Position numbers and translations under genes: made by a program. Under the pieces are notes generated by a model, which saw only the letters and a program-made list of their open reading frames with translations, made no database searches and had not been told where the DNA came from. This document shows, in pieces, positions 22,870 to 35,967 of a DNA stretch of 35,967 bases. Position 1 is the first letter of the stretch, and every line of letters begins with the position of its first letter. Origin of the DNA: Paraglomus brasilianum (taxonomy: Eukaryota); contig CAJVPI010000311.1 of NCBI GenBank assembly GCA_910592345.1, positions 1 to 35,967 on the forward strand, in the 5' to 3' direction.

Positions 22870-23661
22870 AATGTTGTGTGTGGCTGTTTTACGAACCAGC
22901 TATTGTCGTTCCGATTTCGGAAATCAACTAACAAGGCGCAAGTTTGTTATTACATTAAGACAAAAGTATTGTTTCATGTTTACCAGAGGGAAGAATGAGT
23001 TCAGCGGCTTGATAATCGTGTATAATGATCACTTGTACAACTGCTGTCTTGCAGAACTAATACCAACAGAGAATAAATTGGGAACCAAAAGCCCTTTGCT
23101 CTTCAATGAGTTTACCCACCCTGATGACAGCCACAACCTGACTTATCACGGGAATTTCATATGAAAGATCGTCTGTAATCGAGTGTTTGTCCATGCGCAC
23201 AAAAAAAATAAAAAAGAATTGTTCTGCATTAACCCGAGTTGCGATACTATCCCCCCACATTTAATACAAATAAACTTTTATGGGGTTTTATGAATTGTAC
23301 GCGGAAATTTTACATGTACATCGCCAGTTGACATTTAATGTTTTATCAATCTGAGTGATGAGTTATTGAAGGGGTGGGAGGAGTGAGTGTATCCATAAGC
23401 CGGTACAATCAAGTAATTGGTCGATGCTTTTCATGACTAAGAAATAATTAATAGGCAACGATTCTAAGTTTGTTAAGTTTGTTTGTTTGTTTTATAGTAG
23501 CTCGGGCTAATACATGTTTGTCTGACTAGCATAACAATCGCGTAAATCATAGATAATCAGCGATCCCAAGTCCATGTTGAACTGTGGTGATGAGATCTAG
23601 AATGCTATATCCCGGGGTGCAGACAAAATCTGATTGATATCTTGCATTCTTTCGTAGCTCT

Positions 23662-23714
23662 AAAGAAGGGAAAGGGAAGGGGGGAAAAGGGAAGGGGAGA
23701 CAAGGGAAAAGGGA
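23662..23714 (+). other. Polypurine tract with a canonical G-quadruplex motif
   Basis: GGG-AAA-GGG-AA-GGGGGG-AAAA-GGG-AA-GGGG-AGACAA-GGG-AAAA-GGG. Confidence 0.7.
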
Positions 23715-24414
23715 TTGTGAGAGTCATAAAGAGATATCTGCACGATTATCTCCATTTAACCCATTCTCACATGACATTCCTGATTTCTCCACGCTAGGAT
23801 ATCACATTCAAACATCACCGGAGATCTCTTATCCAAATTCATAATAAAGCTGAAAGCCATACATGCATGATATATCACACGGAGTAGTACGCATTGTAAA
23901 TGACTGGGCTAGTCTATTGTTTATTTCTTTTTATTGATCATACCGTATCGATGGGTTATCCGTGTGAATATTGCGCATTTTAATATCAATATGTGAATTC
24001 ATCGAATACTCAATATTATTGGTGAACAAAGCGTCTCCGAACGTGCTTCTCAGATTCAGGGGGAGAGATAGTGAACGTACTGCATATATTCGGGCAGAGG
24101 AGACAGAAAAAAAGAGGGGAAAATTCGTTGGTCAGTAGAAACCTGTTTGAACAAGGAGATTGCCTCAAATACAGTTAGTTGTAACCAAACAAAAAACGTA
24201 ATAGACGATTAATATGGTTTCTCAATAGTCAGCTAATTCGAACCATTCGTTGTCCAGATTGCAGCTTTATTTTGAACACCGTTAATGTAATTATATTTGG
24301 GCTGCATTGGTCAAAGAGAAGATAATAATAGCGTTGGTCACGTATGTGTTGGTTGGTTGGTCTACGTGGGTGGGAACTTGTCAATAGAATTAATAGAATT
24401 CTAACCACAAAGTG

Positions 24415-24492
24415 TGTGGTGGATGTTGGATGTGGTGGATGTTGGATGTGGTGGATGTGGTGGATGTGGTGGATGTGGTGGATGTGGTGGAT
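24415..24492. repeat. 9-bp minisatellite (GGTGGATGT)n
   Basis: About 7-8 units, with 6-bp TGGATG variants at the left end. Confidence 0.95.
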
Positions 24493-24897
24493 AGATTAAG
24501 ACGATTGTCAATGTGGGTTTTCAGAATTAATAATATTCAAATATCACACACTCTTTACAACATAATTTCATTTCTCTCAGAACAAATAAAGGTGCCCTTA
24601 TTTTATTATTTCTCTCGAAATTCGATCGTATCTTTGTTTCTCTCGAAAGGAAACGCGAATATCGGGGTTTCGATCGATCGATCGATTGCTTGTAAAGTCG
24701 AAAAATGTTATATATTTACATGCTATTTTCAGGGAATATTCTTAAAAATGGGAGGGATGTCGACGCTTATTTTATATTACGAACGAAGTCTTATAAATAA
24801 TATGCCGCACTCGATATGATTGAGTGCTAAAAAAACACCTACTAAAAAAAAATAAAACGACTAAAAAAAAAAAAAAAACCAAAGTCCTGCACCGAAG

Positions 24898-26618
24898 TTA
24901 ATTTAACAAATTTCGAATAAGCATTGCCTCTTTGGAGTCGGAGTCGTCGTCTTTTTTCTTATCCTCGTTCCCGCATGATATCACTTCAACTTTCATGTTC
25001 TCTTTTCTCCAAACGTCTATTTGTTCTATGTTATTATTTACATTCAACTCGTCGGTATGGAATACGAGCTGTCCAGAATTCTCACGATTACCCGTAGAAC
25101 ACATATCTATATGCATATCATTCTTCTTCTCTTTCTCTAACCCTAACTGATCGTTTATCGATATCGGTGATGGAGGCGAATTTGATTCGGGAGTTATCGG
25201 AGATAAAGCACCGTCACTATACGTATCGTTGGTAGGAGCAGGAGATGATTTTGACTGTCTTGCTGAATCGGATTGGCCACAATCGGAGGCTGCGTCGTCT
25301 TCCACGACAGCAGATTGAGGAGAGGAAGCAGTGGTAGACGAGGTCGTTTCGCCTGGACGACGGCGTTGTACGCCTCCTCTTGCAAAGACACCATCGTGAT
25401 ATGAATGCATGTGTTCCGGATCGATTGCCCAATAACCACCTTTCCCTTTTGAGCTGTTGGTACCTGGACCTAGTTCTGTGTCTGATCGTGGGACTCTCTT
25501 GAAGCATCTGTTTAATGAGAGATTATGACGGATAGTGTTCTGTTGTTTTTGAATAAACAAAAAAGAGGGGAAAACGTGTTAGCAGATTATGCGTGCGTGT
25601 GTGTATCTTGTGTGTATCTTGTATGTATGTATGTATGTATGTATGTATGTTGTATTGTCTGTCAATTGACTAATGTTGGCCCTAACTACAACTATTCTCT
25701 TGCAACTATCCTTCATTCCAAAACCATAATTACCTGCCATCCGGTATCGTCAGGCTTGTACATAGTCGGATATTTGTCCATAATCCATTTGTAAATTTCT
25801 TTCAACGTCAGTTTCTTCTCTGCCGAACTCAATATCGCTTGTGCAATCAGTGAAGAGTATGAATAAGGAGGCCTACGTCGCTTCCTGGTAGATTTGCTAT
25901 TTAGTTCGGGAGTAACAGTCACGAATTGTTCGACCGTGTTCATTGGAGTTCCGCCGCGAGTAGGGCCGGCAAAACGCAGAGGCAGAGTTGGTCGAGGCTG
26001 GAGCGGTTGTTGAGAACGTTGAGTTTGAGTAGGCCGTTGATGACAAGAATGATTTGTATGAGAGTGAGCCGTAGGGATATGTTGTTGATATATTGATGAT
26101 GATGAGGAGTGCATTGTTGGAGAATACATTAATGTCGGGTGAGGGGGGAGGTGTTGTTGTTGCTGAATGGATGATGATGATATAGACATTGCTTGTTGAC
26201 CATGTGGGGGGTATTGTTGCTGGAAGCAATAAGAAGGATTTATGCGTTGAGGAGAAGGTACTGGCATGCTTGGAGGCGGCTGCTGTATATGATGAGGAGC
26301 CGGATGCATCGTTTGATAATGATATGGATGTGGAGCAGCTCGCGGAGCCATTTCTACCATAGATTGTTGTTGTGAGGGCAGATAAGTTGGAAAATTATGA
26401 GAGTTTCCTGGCATTTGATGGTTAGAATGTATTGAGGTTTGTTGAAGGGGGAGGGAAGGGGTTTGTGCTGACGGACTGCCAGGAAAGAAAGAGGGATGGC
26501 CCCGCGCGGGAATGATGCTGGAAATAGAAGGCAGTTGCTGTGTTCTTGATGCGGGATAAGAATGATGACCATATTCATGCGAGTGAGGATAGGATGGATG
26601 AGAAGGTGGAGGATGCAT
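24898..26618 (-). CDS. Forkhead (winged-helix) transcription factor, 508 aa, 2 exons, no FHA domain
   Basis: Exon 1 is 26618-25734 (295 codons), the intron is 25733-25540 (GTAATT...GCTAAC...CAG), and exon 2 is 25539-24898. Splicing restores [36 protein letters not shown]...[22 protein letters not shown]...[10 protein letters not shown]. The N-terminus is H/P/Q/S-rich. Confidence 0.96.
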
Positions 26619-26927
26619 TTTGGAAAATGCGTGTGCAGGCGTGTGTTTTGTGGTTTTGCGGTTTTGTGTGGGGGGGAGGGGAAGCGAGGAAAGGAATCAA
26701 GAAAATATTAACAATTCGTGATAAGAATGGGTTGGGGTCTGAGTAAAGTGTAGAGAGACTGCGGTTGACATTTAAAGGAATATCATAAATCTTCCTTGCG
26801 TTCTTGACTCATATATAACTCAGACTGCGATCGGTAAGTGAAAGAGTTTGTTGAGAAGGCAGTGGAGGTTTTGTTCGTTTTATATATATATATATTGGGG
26901 ATTGTCGGGTAAGGTTACTTACTTTAC

Positions 26928-26976
26928 TGTTTGTGTACAAATAACAAACGTAAATATAAAGTAAACTATACAAACA
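26928..26976. promoter_or_regulatory. Cluster of forkhead-type RYAAAYA motifs ~310-360 bp upstream of the forkhead ATG
   Basis: TGTTTGT at 26928, ACAAATA at 26937, GTAAATA at 26950, ACAAACA at 26970. Confidence 0.45.
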
Positions 26977-27543
26977 ATTGATATTTTATACAGTTTTACA
27001 TGTTTTATATTCATATTGTTGACTAGATGTTATTATATAAAGATGCATTATGATATATATATAAATATTCCCTATTATGTGATACTTATTTGTATTCATA
27101 AACACCAAATATACATGTTTATATTATGATTATTAATGAATATGATAATCTGCAAACATCACCCGTTACGACAGGGATACCTCAACAATACACCCCGGTT
27201 CGGTTTGCACCCTTGAATGTCGTCACCCCTCCCTTTTTTTCTCGAATGGGTGATAAATATAGAAGTTGGTTGCGTGATAGAAATATCATATATTATATAT
27301 TGTATGGATATACGAATATATGAATGTACTGATTGAATGGAACATACTACATGTTTCTATTGTAAATGGTATATACAATTGCCCATTGAGGATTTTAGGC
27401 TAGTCAATAGAACAACTAGGATATGGTTCGGCAAACAGGCCAATATGTGTGAAACCCAACATACCCATTACATTCTGTCTGTCTCTATCCTCCAAACTCG
27501 TCCAAGAAATTGACCATTTCTACTACGTTTCATACCATCAGTT

Positions 27544-27672
27544 ACAAACACAAACACATACACATACAAATACACATACAAATACACATACACATACACA
27601 TACACTACACATACACATACACATACCACACACATAGACACACACACACTACCCTATACACATCCTATACAT
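27544..27672. repeat. (AC/ACAT)n compound microsatellite
   Basis: Long run of ACACAT/ACAAAT units. Confidence 0.9.
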
Positions 27673-29954
27673 ATTAATCCCCATACATAACACCCCATCA
27701 AACTATCGCTCATCCCCACTCATCCGATGACTCATTCATTCGCTTTTTTTTTTTTTTTGTTTTTTTTTGTTGATAGCTATTGTTTCACTTTTATGCGATA
27801 CCAGTTGTTTACTTGAGCTGATCATTTTGCACAACCTAACAAACAATATCATCAAAAAAAATTTAATGGACAAGGCCGAGCATACAAGGTTTTCGAGATA
27901 TGAGTACGATATAAATAGTATGGGTTGATTATTGATTAACCAATGGTTATGTGTCTGTGATATGTGCCAAGTCGTCAAAGTTGAGCGTATTTATATTATA
28001 CAACATGCATAACACTGTCTGTATTCTTTTCACCTCCAACCAATCGTTGTTTTACTAAAGCATGTGACATTTTGTTTTGTGTCAATGTGAAGATTAATAT
28101 TATTATTTTTTTCCCGCGGTTTCATATATCGGGAATTCGTGGGAGAACATATGGGAATGAATTAATATAACTGATAGCGAAAACAAGACCAATAAGGATA
28201 ATAAACATAGCGATAGCAATGATAGTATTCGTCAAGAAGAAAAAAATTTTTTTTTACAATAACCACCCTTATTGTTGTGCTTGATATACTGATATATCAC
28301 TATTGTTATTGCCATGATTGGAATTTTGTGATAGGACTGGTTTTAGGAAGTAAGATGCCGGTGACGTGAATAATATTAACATATTAATACTAGGTGTTAC
28401 AATGCTAATCCGATTAACTATTTTGACAAGGGTAAATATAGTAATCAAGCGGCAGATTTCACAGAGGGCAAACCCCAACATATTGAATTGCTGATAGAGA
28501 GATTTGGTTGTTTCCATCATCATTTTCTTTCGTCATTCGCTCCCTTATTCGCCTATCCAAGCCACTCGGATCTCACTTTTCTTGTGGGAGGCATTGTGTC
28601 GATCATTTAGCAAAACGTGTCGAGTTGTATCAATGTTGTACTACTGATTGCTATATAACCGTTAACAAAGGGTTTCTTACCAAAGCGAAAGTAATACAAT
28701 CGGAAAATGTAGGATATATTAGACGCTCTGTGATGTTTGTGATGGGCTTGATGTGAGAGCATGCCGTATATTGTTAGTTATACAATACTCTCGGAAAGGT
28801 ACGCGAGTTCCCATCATTAATCTAACCCGAAATATCGATGGGCTATCGACCACTACATAAGACAGTCTCATTGGCTAAAGATGCTCCAGTGGCGTAATTC
28901 CAACATATTCTGCAATCTGATACACTTGTTATCACTCCTTTAAACCTGTATGTAGTATGAGGTATCGAATTGGAAAATCTCTTCAAAGGGTACACATACC
29001 GGACATTTTCTTAATAGGAAGATACACAAAAGCTTATTGTATATGTGTGACAATCAATAAGAGCCTTATTATATAGTACACAGTTGCATGAGTATAATTC
29101 TTACAGCAGTCCATACATTCTCAAGGCTAACGTAACGTTTCAAAAAACTAACAAAAAAAGCTATCGCTATGCTTGGTGCTCGCCACTGTTTTTGTTATCT
29201 CTACGATAATCAATATAGTAATCAGTTATTGTTAATGTGTGAATCAGTTATTTTTGTAGTAATTATTATCGATGTCAACACTTTAAACAAACAAACAAAA
29301 AGTCACGATGTAATATGCAATTAATAAGAGTGCAGTTAGCTTGGAATCGTTATTCTTGTTTTTACAGTCGCTGGTCACTATACTAAATCACAATCTATTC
29401 CAAATTCTAAATAGTGAGAAATCACTTCTCAGCCATTGACATCATGATGCATTTCCATACTGACGATTACCAAGTATTTAATGGTTTTAGTTAACACTAC
29501 AGTGTTTTGTAAAGTAAATATACAATCTTATTTTTATTGCCTTTACCGTCGTCAAGTGTAACTAGTTGTCGGTTGTATTGCACATAGATATCCATATTTA
29601 TAAGGGTTTTTTTTTCATCACAGATTTACTGTATTCAGCCTCTCAATGAGCGACCGAGTCTTGGAATATCTTGAAGAATAATAATAATTATATTATTATT
29701 ATTATTATTATAACAACTCTAATAATTAAAGTATTGCATGCATATGATTCTAACCAAGCTCATACTTGTAAGAGAACAGCTTTAATAATAATAAGATGAT
29801 CTCTTATCAACTAAAGGGATTGATTAATCATCACAGTAGTACGGCATGGAAAGCTTGGAAGAAATAATATTCCTACTTCTTAACTGGTATGAGTTTCCGT
29901 CCTCTCTCTGCATGACGCATAATATCACTTGCTTTAGTTATGTATCACTACTCC

Positions 29955-30014
29955 CTCCCCTCTTATTACCTCCCCTCTCATTACCTCCCCTCTCATTACC
30001 TCCCCTCTCATTAC
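29955..30014. repeat. 4 x 15-bp tandem repeat CTCCCCTCTCATTAC
   Basis: Units start at 29955 (one mismatch), 29970, 29985 and 30000. Confidence 0.95.
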
Positions 30015-31153
30015 TTTGATATAGACTCAATTACACACCCTCCCCCTCCCCCAAATTGCAGGCCTTGAAATTTACTAGTAAAACATGAATCTCTGTACTG
30101 TGTAAGAAGCAATAATGTAGGTATTGTTATGAAGCTGATTGCTTGTACTTTTTTCGAAAATGATGATGTTCTTGTCGAAATCTATCATCGATACAAGGCT
30201 GCATAATATTCGATACAAGGGCTGCAGTTCTTTGAAGTGATAGTAGATAGGTTACACATCTATGTATTTCAATTCATCACTATTCGAATAAAGGGACTTT
30301 TTTTTATATGGTTTATTGGTAAAATTCAAGGCCCTGCCAAAGACTTTTTACCATGCAGAAAATATACGCGTTTATATAGTCATTCAATTGTTCTGAATTT
30401 AGACAAACAGAAAGGACAAAGGAACAAAGAAACAAAGAAGAATGCATCGAGTCTATTGTAAATAATGACACAATAGTATCACATACGAAAGCAATAGTGC
30501 AAGTCAAAACAAGGTCAAAACGGTTATGATTACAATTAAATATAATAATCATAACAATAATATAGCACTAGTGCCATTCAGAACGTATCATAAGAACAAG
30601 GGACATGGCGATATTATTAATTTGATTAGTATGTCTTAGCCACAATGACACATATTAATGGTAAACATGACGATATCGAATATAAACTCTTGTATCTTTG
30701 TTATGTCACCCATAAAACACTGGGACATATAAAAAATATATTAGTCATAATAAAATCAACAATAATTAATTGATACAAATACAAGTGTACATTAATGGTT
30801 GCCGACTATTACATTGTCGATATCTCATATTTGTATAACGGTAAATCGCCGTTTATTGATCGACTTTCATTTTGCATTCCTTAAGCCTTGATCTACTGCT
30901 TGGTTTTCCGTATAACGTGGTACTCCGATAGCACCCCCCCCCCTCTGAGATTAAGGTTTTTGCGCAATCGCCGAAACTACACCATTTGTCGTCGGGTAGA
31001 CGGAACTTGCTGTATTTGCGATATGACAACAAAATAATGTATGCCAGCGATAATCAACCATGATTTATCTCTCCAATGAACGCAAGTCATCTCGTATATG
31101 TTACATCCCATGCTTTTGCTCCCCGTTTCGAACAATCCCCATTATTTGTCACT

Positions 31154-31252
31154 CAACAACAACAACAACAACAACAACATTAACATCAACATCAACATCA
31201 ACACAACAACAATAACACAACAACAACAACAACAACAACAGTAACAACGACA
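31154..31252. repeat. (AAC)n microsatellite
   Basis: Imperfect CAA/CAT run of ~100 bp. Confidence 0.9.
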
Positions 31253-32253
31253 AGTTACGCCATTCCTGTTGCAATCCCAGCTCATGGAATTCAAATGTCA
31301 CCGTCACTCAGGTTGGGCTTGACAAAATTTACATGTTGTTTACTTAATATAGGAAGTCGTCCAGTGGAGATATCAAACAAGGACTGCCCAATAGGAAAAC
31401 TACACCGACTGTTTATGTAACCGAAGCTTATGTGAGACAGATTAGAAGATGTTACCGGAAAAATCGTGGGAGCCGGAACGCGAGGACAGGTTAGGAAAAG
31501 AAAAAAACTTTTTTCCCCCCCACAATTAGATGGGAATATTCGGACAAGAGAGATTATCGGTCATGATATGTGGATAACCTCGGTTTTTTTGCCAAGTCAA
31601 TGCGCGTACCACCGGAGATAGATACGGCGATTATAGTGGGATGCTACGGGATGAGGAGAGGGTAAGAAGGTTGGAAACTATTAAATTTGAAAACTTTAGA
31701 TACGGAGAAATGTTTGTTTACTAATTAATTATATGAAAACGGACACTCTTTGATTGTTTATAAATCAATCAAACACAAATCAACATTATTACTAACTTAC
31801 AAGAGTACATACTTACCAAGAATAATCCTATATAGCTCTTATGATCCTTGATTTGTTACTTGGCCATACGCTTATCCTATTTTAGAATTGTTTAATAAGC
31901 AGATAGTCGAACATTGGTGGCCTTTCCCCATCCTTATGAACCCTCAATAATTTACTCACCCTTAACCTTCTTCCGAGTTTTTGTAGCACAACTAATCCTT
32001 ACATGTGCAATTCGCATTACAATTTATCTTAACCAAGTATCTTATCAGGTGTCATGATTATATACAATTAGTACGAATGTTACTAGGCAATTCAAGAAGG
32101 TAAGGGAAAAGGTAGGGAAAAGGTAGGGAAAGAGAGGAATTTTTTGGGAAATTGATGCTGTGGTAAAGTGGAGTGGGATACATATGGATGTACCACTTGA
32201 AACTTGACTGATCAATGTTTGATATATAATTGTTCCCATGCTCTAACATTTTG

Positions 32254-32341
32254 TAATAATAATAATAACAACAATAACAGTAACAATAACAATAACAATA
32301 ACAATAACAGCGATAAGAATAGCAATAATAATGATGATAAT
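32254..32341. repeat. (AAT/AAC)n microsatellite
   Basis: Imperfect AAT/AAC run. It explains the poly-Asn ORF. Confidence 0.9.
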
Positions 32342-32939
32342 GTAACGAGGTCTTGTTGCTTTCTAACCTACCACCTATCTAACCCATCTATCTTTACCCG
32401 ATCCCGTCCCAGCCTATCCCTTATCCGTCCCGATCTGCGGTAATATGCTTATTATTATATTATTTGCTCACTAATAACATCCGATTGATTTAGGTTTTCC
32501 AAACGGTATTCCTGTGTAAATTTCGAGCTTGTCTGTAACTCGCTATTGTTAATGCTGTAATGGAAGTTAGCGCCGATGTTTACCGAACATGCATCAAACA
32601 AACGGTTGCGGGAGAAGAGCTGCGAGAATCAAAAAGTAAACACGAGATAAAAGGTAAATACAAATATAAACTATGCGGTATATAATTGTTCAATGCATGC
32701 ACACCAAACCATATATATATTGTGTCAACAATCCATTGCTCAGCCGTGTGATTATACCAATCCGCTATGTGCTATTACTGTACACTCGTATTGTCTAATA
32801 CAAATCTGTCTGTTTGTCATTGTTTGCCAACATGCAAGCAATTTAACAATGAACGAGACAACAAATCATCCAGCATAGAACCAAATATGATCAATTGGAA
32901 TAATAGAATTATTTGGGTATGTGAATAAAGTTTCTAATC

Positions 32940-32950
32940 AGAGGGAGAGA

Positions 32951-32983
<33 letters not shown>
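32940..32983. repeat. (GA)n microsatellite
   Basis: GAGGGAGAGA...GAGAG run. Confidence 0.95.
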
Positions 32984-32988
<5 letters not shown>

Positions 32989-35967
32989 TGGTTTTTTTTT
33001 TAAAAAACTTGACGACCCCCATCACCCCACCAGTAATAAAAACAGCTAATTGGTTTCAAACGGGTATAAAATTTTGTTGACCCTTGCACAGGAAAATATG
33101 GTTCAAGGGAAAAAAAAAAGTTTTTCTTCTCTTCATGTAACGATAAATTATGTGAGAATTATGAGGGCATGTTAATATATGCTAGGGAATTGGGGGGTGT
33201 GATGATAGATATGAGAGACCCCTACTAACGCAAGATGTAAACAAGTAAATAAAACGAATGCACACACGAAAACGGCTCGGTTATTTTTCCATGGTATCGT
33301 GCGGCTGCAGTATCACCATATAATCAATAGCAGCGTTATTGAATATGTCCACGTTGTTGTCGTGCAACCAACGAAATATTAAAATTAACGATTACTCGTA
33401 ATTAACGACCCTCTCTCCCCCCCCCCCCTCTCTTGTGATCGATTTCCCACACTAATTAAAACAATAGTGAAATGTCATATCGGACAAGCCTGTAAGTGGC
33501 AGTAAAGAGTGAACAATAATAAATAAAGTTATAAAACCAAATGAGCGTTTACCTGTATTCTTGTAATCAAGCTGTGTTCCCTTATTAAATGAATACTGTT
33601 TACATGCGTCTCCGTTTGCTACTACGCTGTCGTAGAACATGATCTAGCTTTATTGTCCTGCATATTATTTATGTGCTATTTCTGTTGATGTTGCAATGAA
33701 TGGACAAGATTGGCGAATAAGAACAATGAAAATGTATTGATATGCCTTAAAGCCGTGGTTTTGCGAGGGTCGCACCAATTCCATTATATCACCTCTCAGC
33801 GATTTGACTAAATTAATTACTAATCACAACCGTTCTTGGCTGGTGCTTTTCCTCCCACTGATAATCCATGACAATTTTCAAAGGCGGTCTAACGCCTGTA
33901 ACCCATTTTCCTTGTCCGAACCGTTCGGTCCTTTTCGTAAATTTCCAAGAAAGTGGCTAAGATGCCTTAAAGAACGGTTCGGCTATCACACCTTGTGCCT
34001 CTGTAGTACATATTGTAGGGTCTTGCTAATCCGTCATCGGAAGCCCCATGTTTGTCATTCCTCATCAACAGGGCTGATTAGAATAGCCAACTATGGCATA
34101 AGTCAACCCTTACATGTCGATCTCGGAAAGTTTTTCCTAAAACTGAAAACAAATTTTATTTTCAACTTGAAACGCAATCTGCAATTAATTTTTACTTTAA
34201 CCTAATTATGTCGACTCGTTACCCCAAGCAATTAACGCGGAAAGCTCCAAATAATATTCTAGTAAAAAAAAAAAAACAAAAACGTCTCTTCTCGAGTTAG
34301 CCGAGAATTCATGATTCCTTTACGAGTCGGGTTGTGATCGCAATTGTCGTTCTGTTATAGAAAATAAAATCCAAATCAGAGCAGTAATACAATAGTACTA
34401 CGACGATAGTGATAGCTAATTAAACGAGTCATTATGGGCAAGAACAAAGAACTAGACCCATTCCGAATTAATTGATTAAGTACAAGCACAAAATCAAATG
34501 CCAGCCAAAGGATGCCCTTTTGTATGTACAGTAATTGAGTAATTTTACACAGCTTTTGATGGTCATTCTGAGCAAGGATTATTAATTCCATACCCCCCCT
34601 CGCAAACCTTTTTTTGTTCATGCTGTGACGGCTGTAACGGCCGTAACAGGCTGTAGCAGGCGGTAGCGACCCTCTTTTACTTTGTGGCTTATAAGGCTAA
34701 CCTAAACTTTTCTTTTGCTAGTGTATAAATGGTCTATAATAATAAATAGTTGGGTATTACATATGACAGATGAAAGTAATGAAAGGAAATCAAAATAGCA
34801 AACGTTATCATTGACATCAAGTGTATGGTAGTATTGTATATAATATAAATACAAGTGAAATAACAAAGTTCATATACAAGTGCTATGCTACACTACAATA
34901 CACTCACAGTATACTAACCTGCTCAATTAGGATGCCGAAATAACTTTAATGAGAATATTTTAGTAACCTGGTACAACTTATTGTCATGAAAACCCCCTCC
35001 ACAATGCGTTTATTTTTTAATTTGCCCAATAAATTAATTGTTGTGTTGGAGAGTGAGAGTTTGTTTGGATAAAAAAAAATAATTTTTTTTTTAGAATTTT
35101 CAAATCAAGATGTATGGAAGTTGTTTGCGTAGAAAGATGTTCTTGAATTCCATTGAAAATCTCAGCTGACAAACTTGTGAAACAACCAAAGGCGAGTTGA
35201 GCATCTCAGAAACTCTGTGCGATAGAGAAAGAATGAGATTGACAGGGCAATATACGGATAAGCCGCTGCACTGCAAGTCCCTTACAATCAGCTTTTGTCG
35301 TAACAGGAAAACATACCGAATAATCACATAGCGCTATCCCATCCGCTTTGGAGATAGGGAATAATGAGTCCGCAAATTGCTTGGCATTAGTAATTAAATA
35401 TTTTTTTTTCTTTATCGTTATCTATAAACACGTGGTCTATATGTGCTAGGGTATTACATCATAGATAATGTTGTATATAAATAAACGTACATGGTTTTTC
35501 ATTGACAGTTAACTAAACCTTAATTTGTAGCAATTTGGGGATGGGAAAATAGGCATAGCGCATAAACACTGCCAATCTCGACCAATAACAAGAGCGATTT
35601 GCATTTGTAATTCAGTAACACCATGGAAAAAAAAAGGCGTGATGCCGAAATGTTCTGGCCACCAGTCGAATGGCATGCAATCAATACAGACAACAGACAA
35701 ATAATAATTGTTGTGTAAGTTATTTGTTTGTTTATTCTTATCCACTTACGTGCTGCGTTTATTCAGAATGATCGTGTGTCAAGATTGAAAGCTGCAAGGT
35801 ACGTATTTATTGATCCGGACTTTAATATGTGATGAATGGGAATTAAAATTATCGCGTTGTTTATTATTATTAGTAATTCGAATTAGAAAGAAAGGGAAAA
35901 CAAAGCAACGTATACTGGAATTGAGCACACTAGCACCAGTGGCTTGTCTTATATTCCCAAGGTTATT

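Noticed and set aside
22727..23164. 145-aa ORF
   Set aside because: It starts at TTG, crosses a polypyrimidine repeat, and shows no recognisable domain or splice support.
24412..24819. 135-aa ORF with VVD repeats
   Set aside because: It is a by-product of the 9-bp minisatellite and lies antisense to the forkhead 3' region.
24932..26746. Several short ORFs overlapping the forkhead gene
   Set aside because: They are alternative-frame or antisense shadows of the real CDS.
26740..26922. Possible 5' UTR intron of the forkhead gene (GTAAGT donor on the - strand)
   Set aside because: No clear branch point, and it cannot be supported without transcript data.
32204..32443. Poly-Asn ORF
   Set aside because: It is explained by the (AAT/AAC)n microsatellite.
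33804..34205. 133-aa ORF
   Set aside because: It has a non-ATG start and no motif. No consistent frame emerges on either strand.
35509..35748. - strand ORF and GTAAGT donor near the window end
   Set aside because: No recognisable product. It could belong to something outside the window but cannot be supported here.

Overview
Eukaryotic, intron-containing, AT-rich genomic DNA. By inference it comes from an early-diverging fungus (Mucoromycota, probably Glomeromycotina-like), judged from short GT-AG introns with CTAAC/CTGAC branch points and from the gene families present. Three intact spliced genes could be rebuilt by hand, all on the - strand: a 508-aa forkhead transcription factor (24898-26618, 2 exons), a 141-aa YjbQ/UPF0047 protein (9785-10588, 4 exons), and a 159-aa protein of unknown function (3076-3709, 3 exons) that the ORF track shows only as a fragment. 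The 159-aa gene sits head-to-head, 291 bp apart, with a ~164-aa partner (4001-4557, +) broken only by three 1-nt homopolymer indels. Both proteins show a residue pattern reminiscent of the VapD/Cas2 ferredoxin fold. The pair lies between two decayed copies of a virus/Polinton-type D5-like helicase-primase gene, near palindrome arrays and a Crinkler-type P-loop pseudogene. This cassette is the best candidate for an undescribed system, though its function is only inferred. The 12-22 kb region is a transposon graveyard with a split mariner, a Tc1 remnant, other DNA-transposon ends and CpG-free tracts. The >9 kb upstream of the forkhead gene has no convincing CDS and is rich in microsatellites and forkhead motifs. 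Family assignments are from memory of motifs, not database searches.
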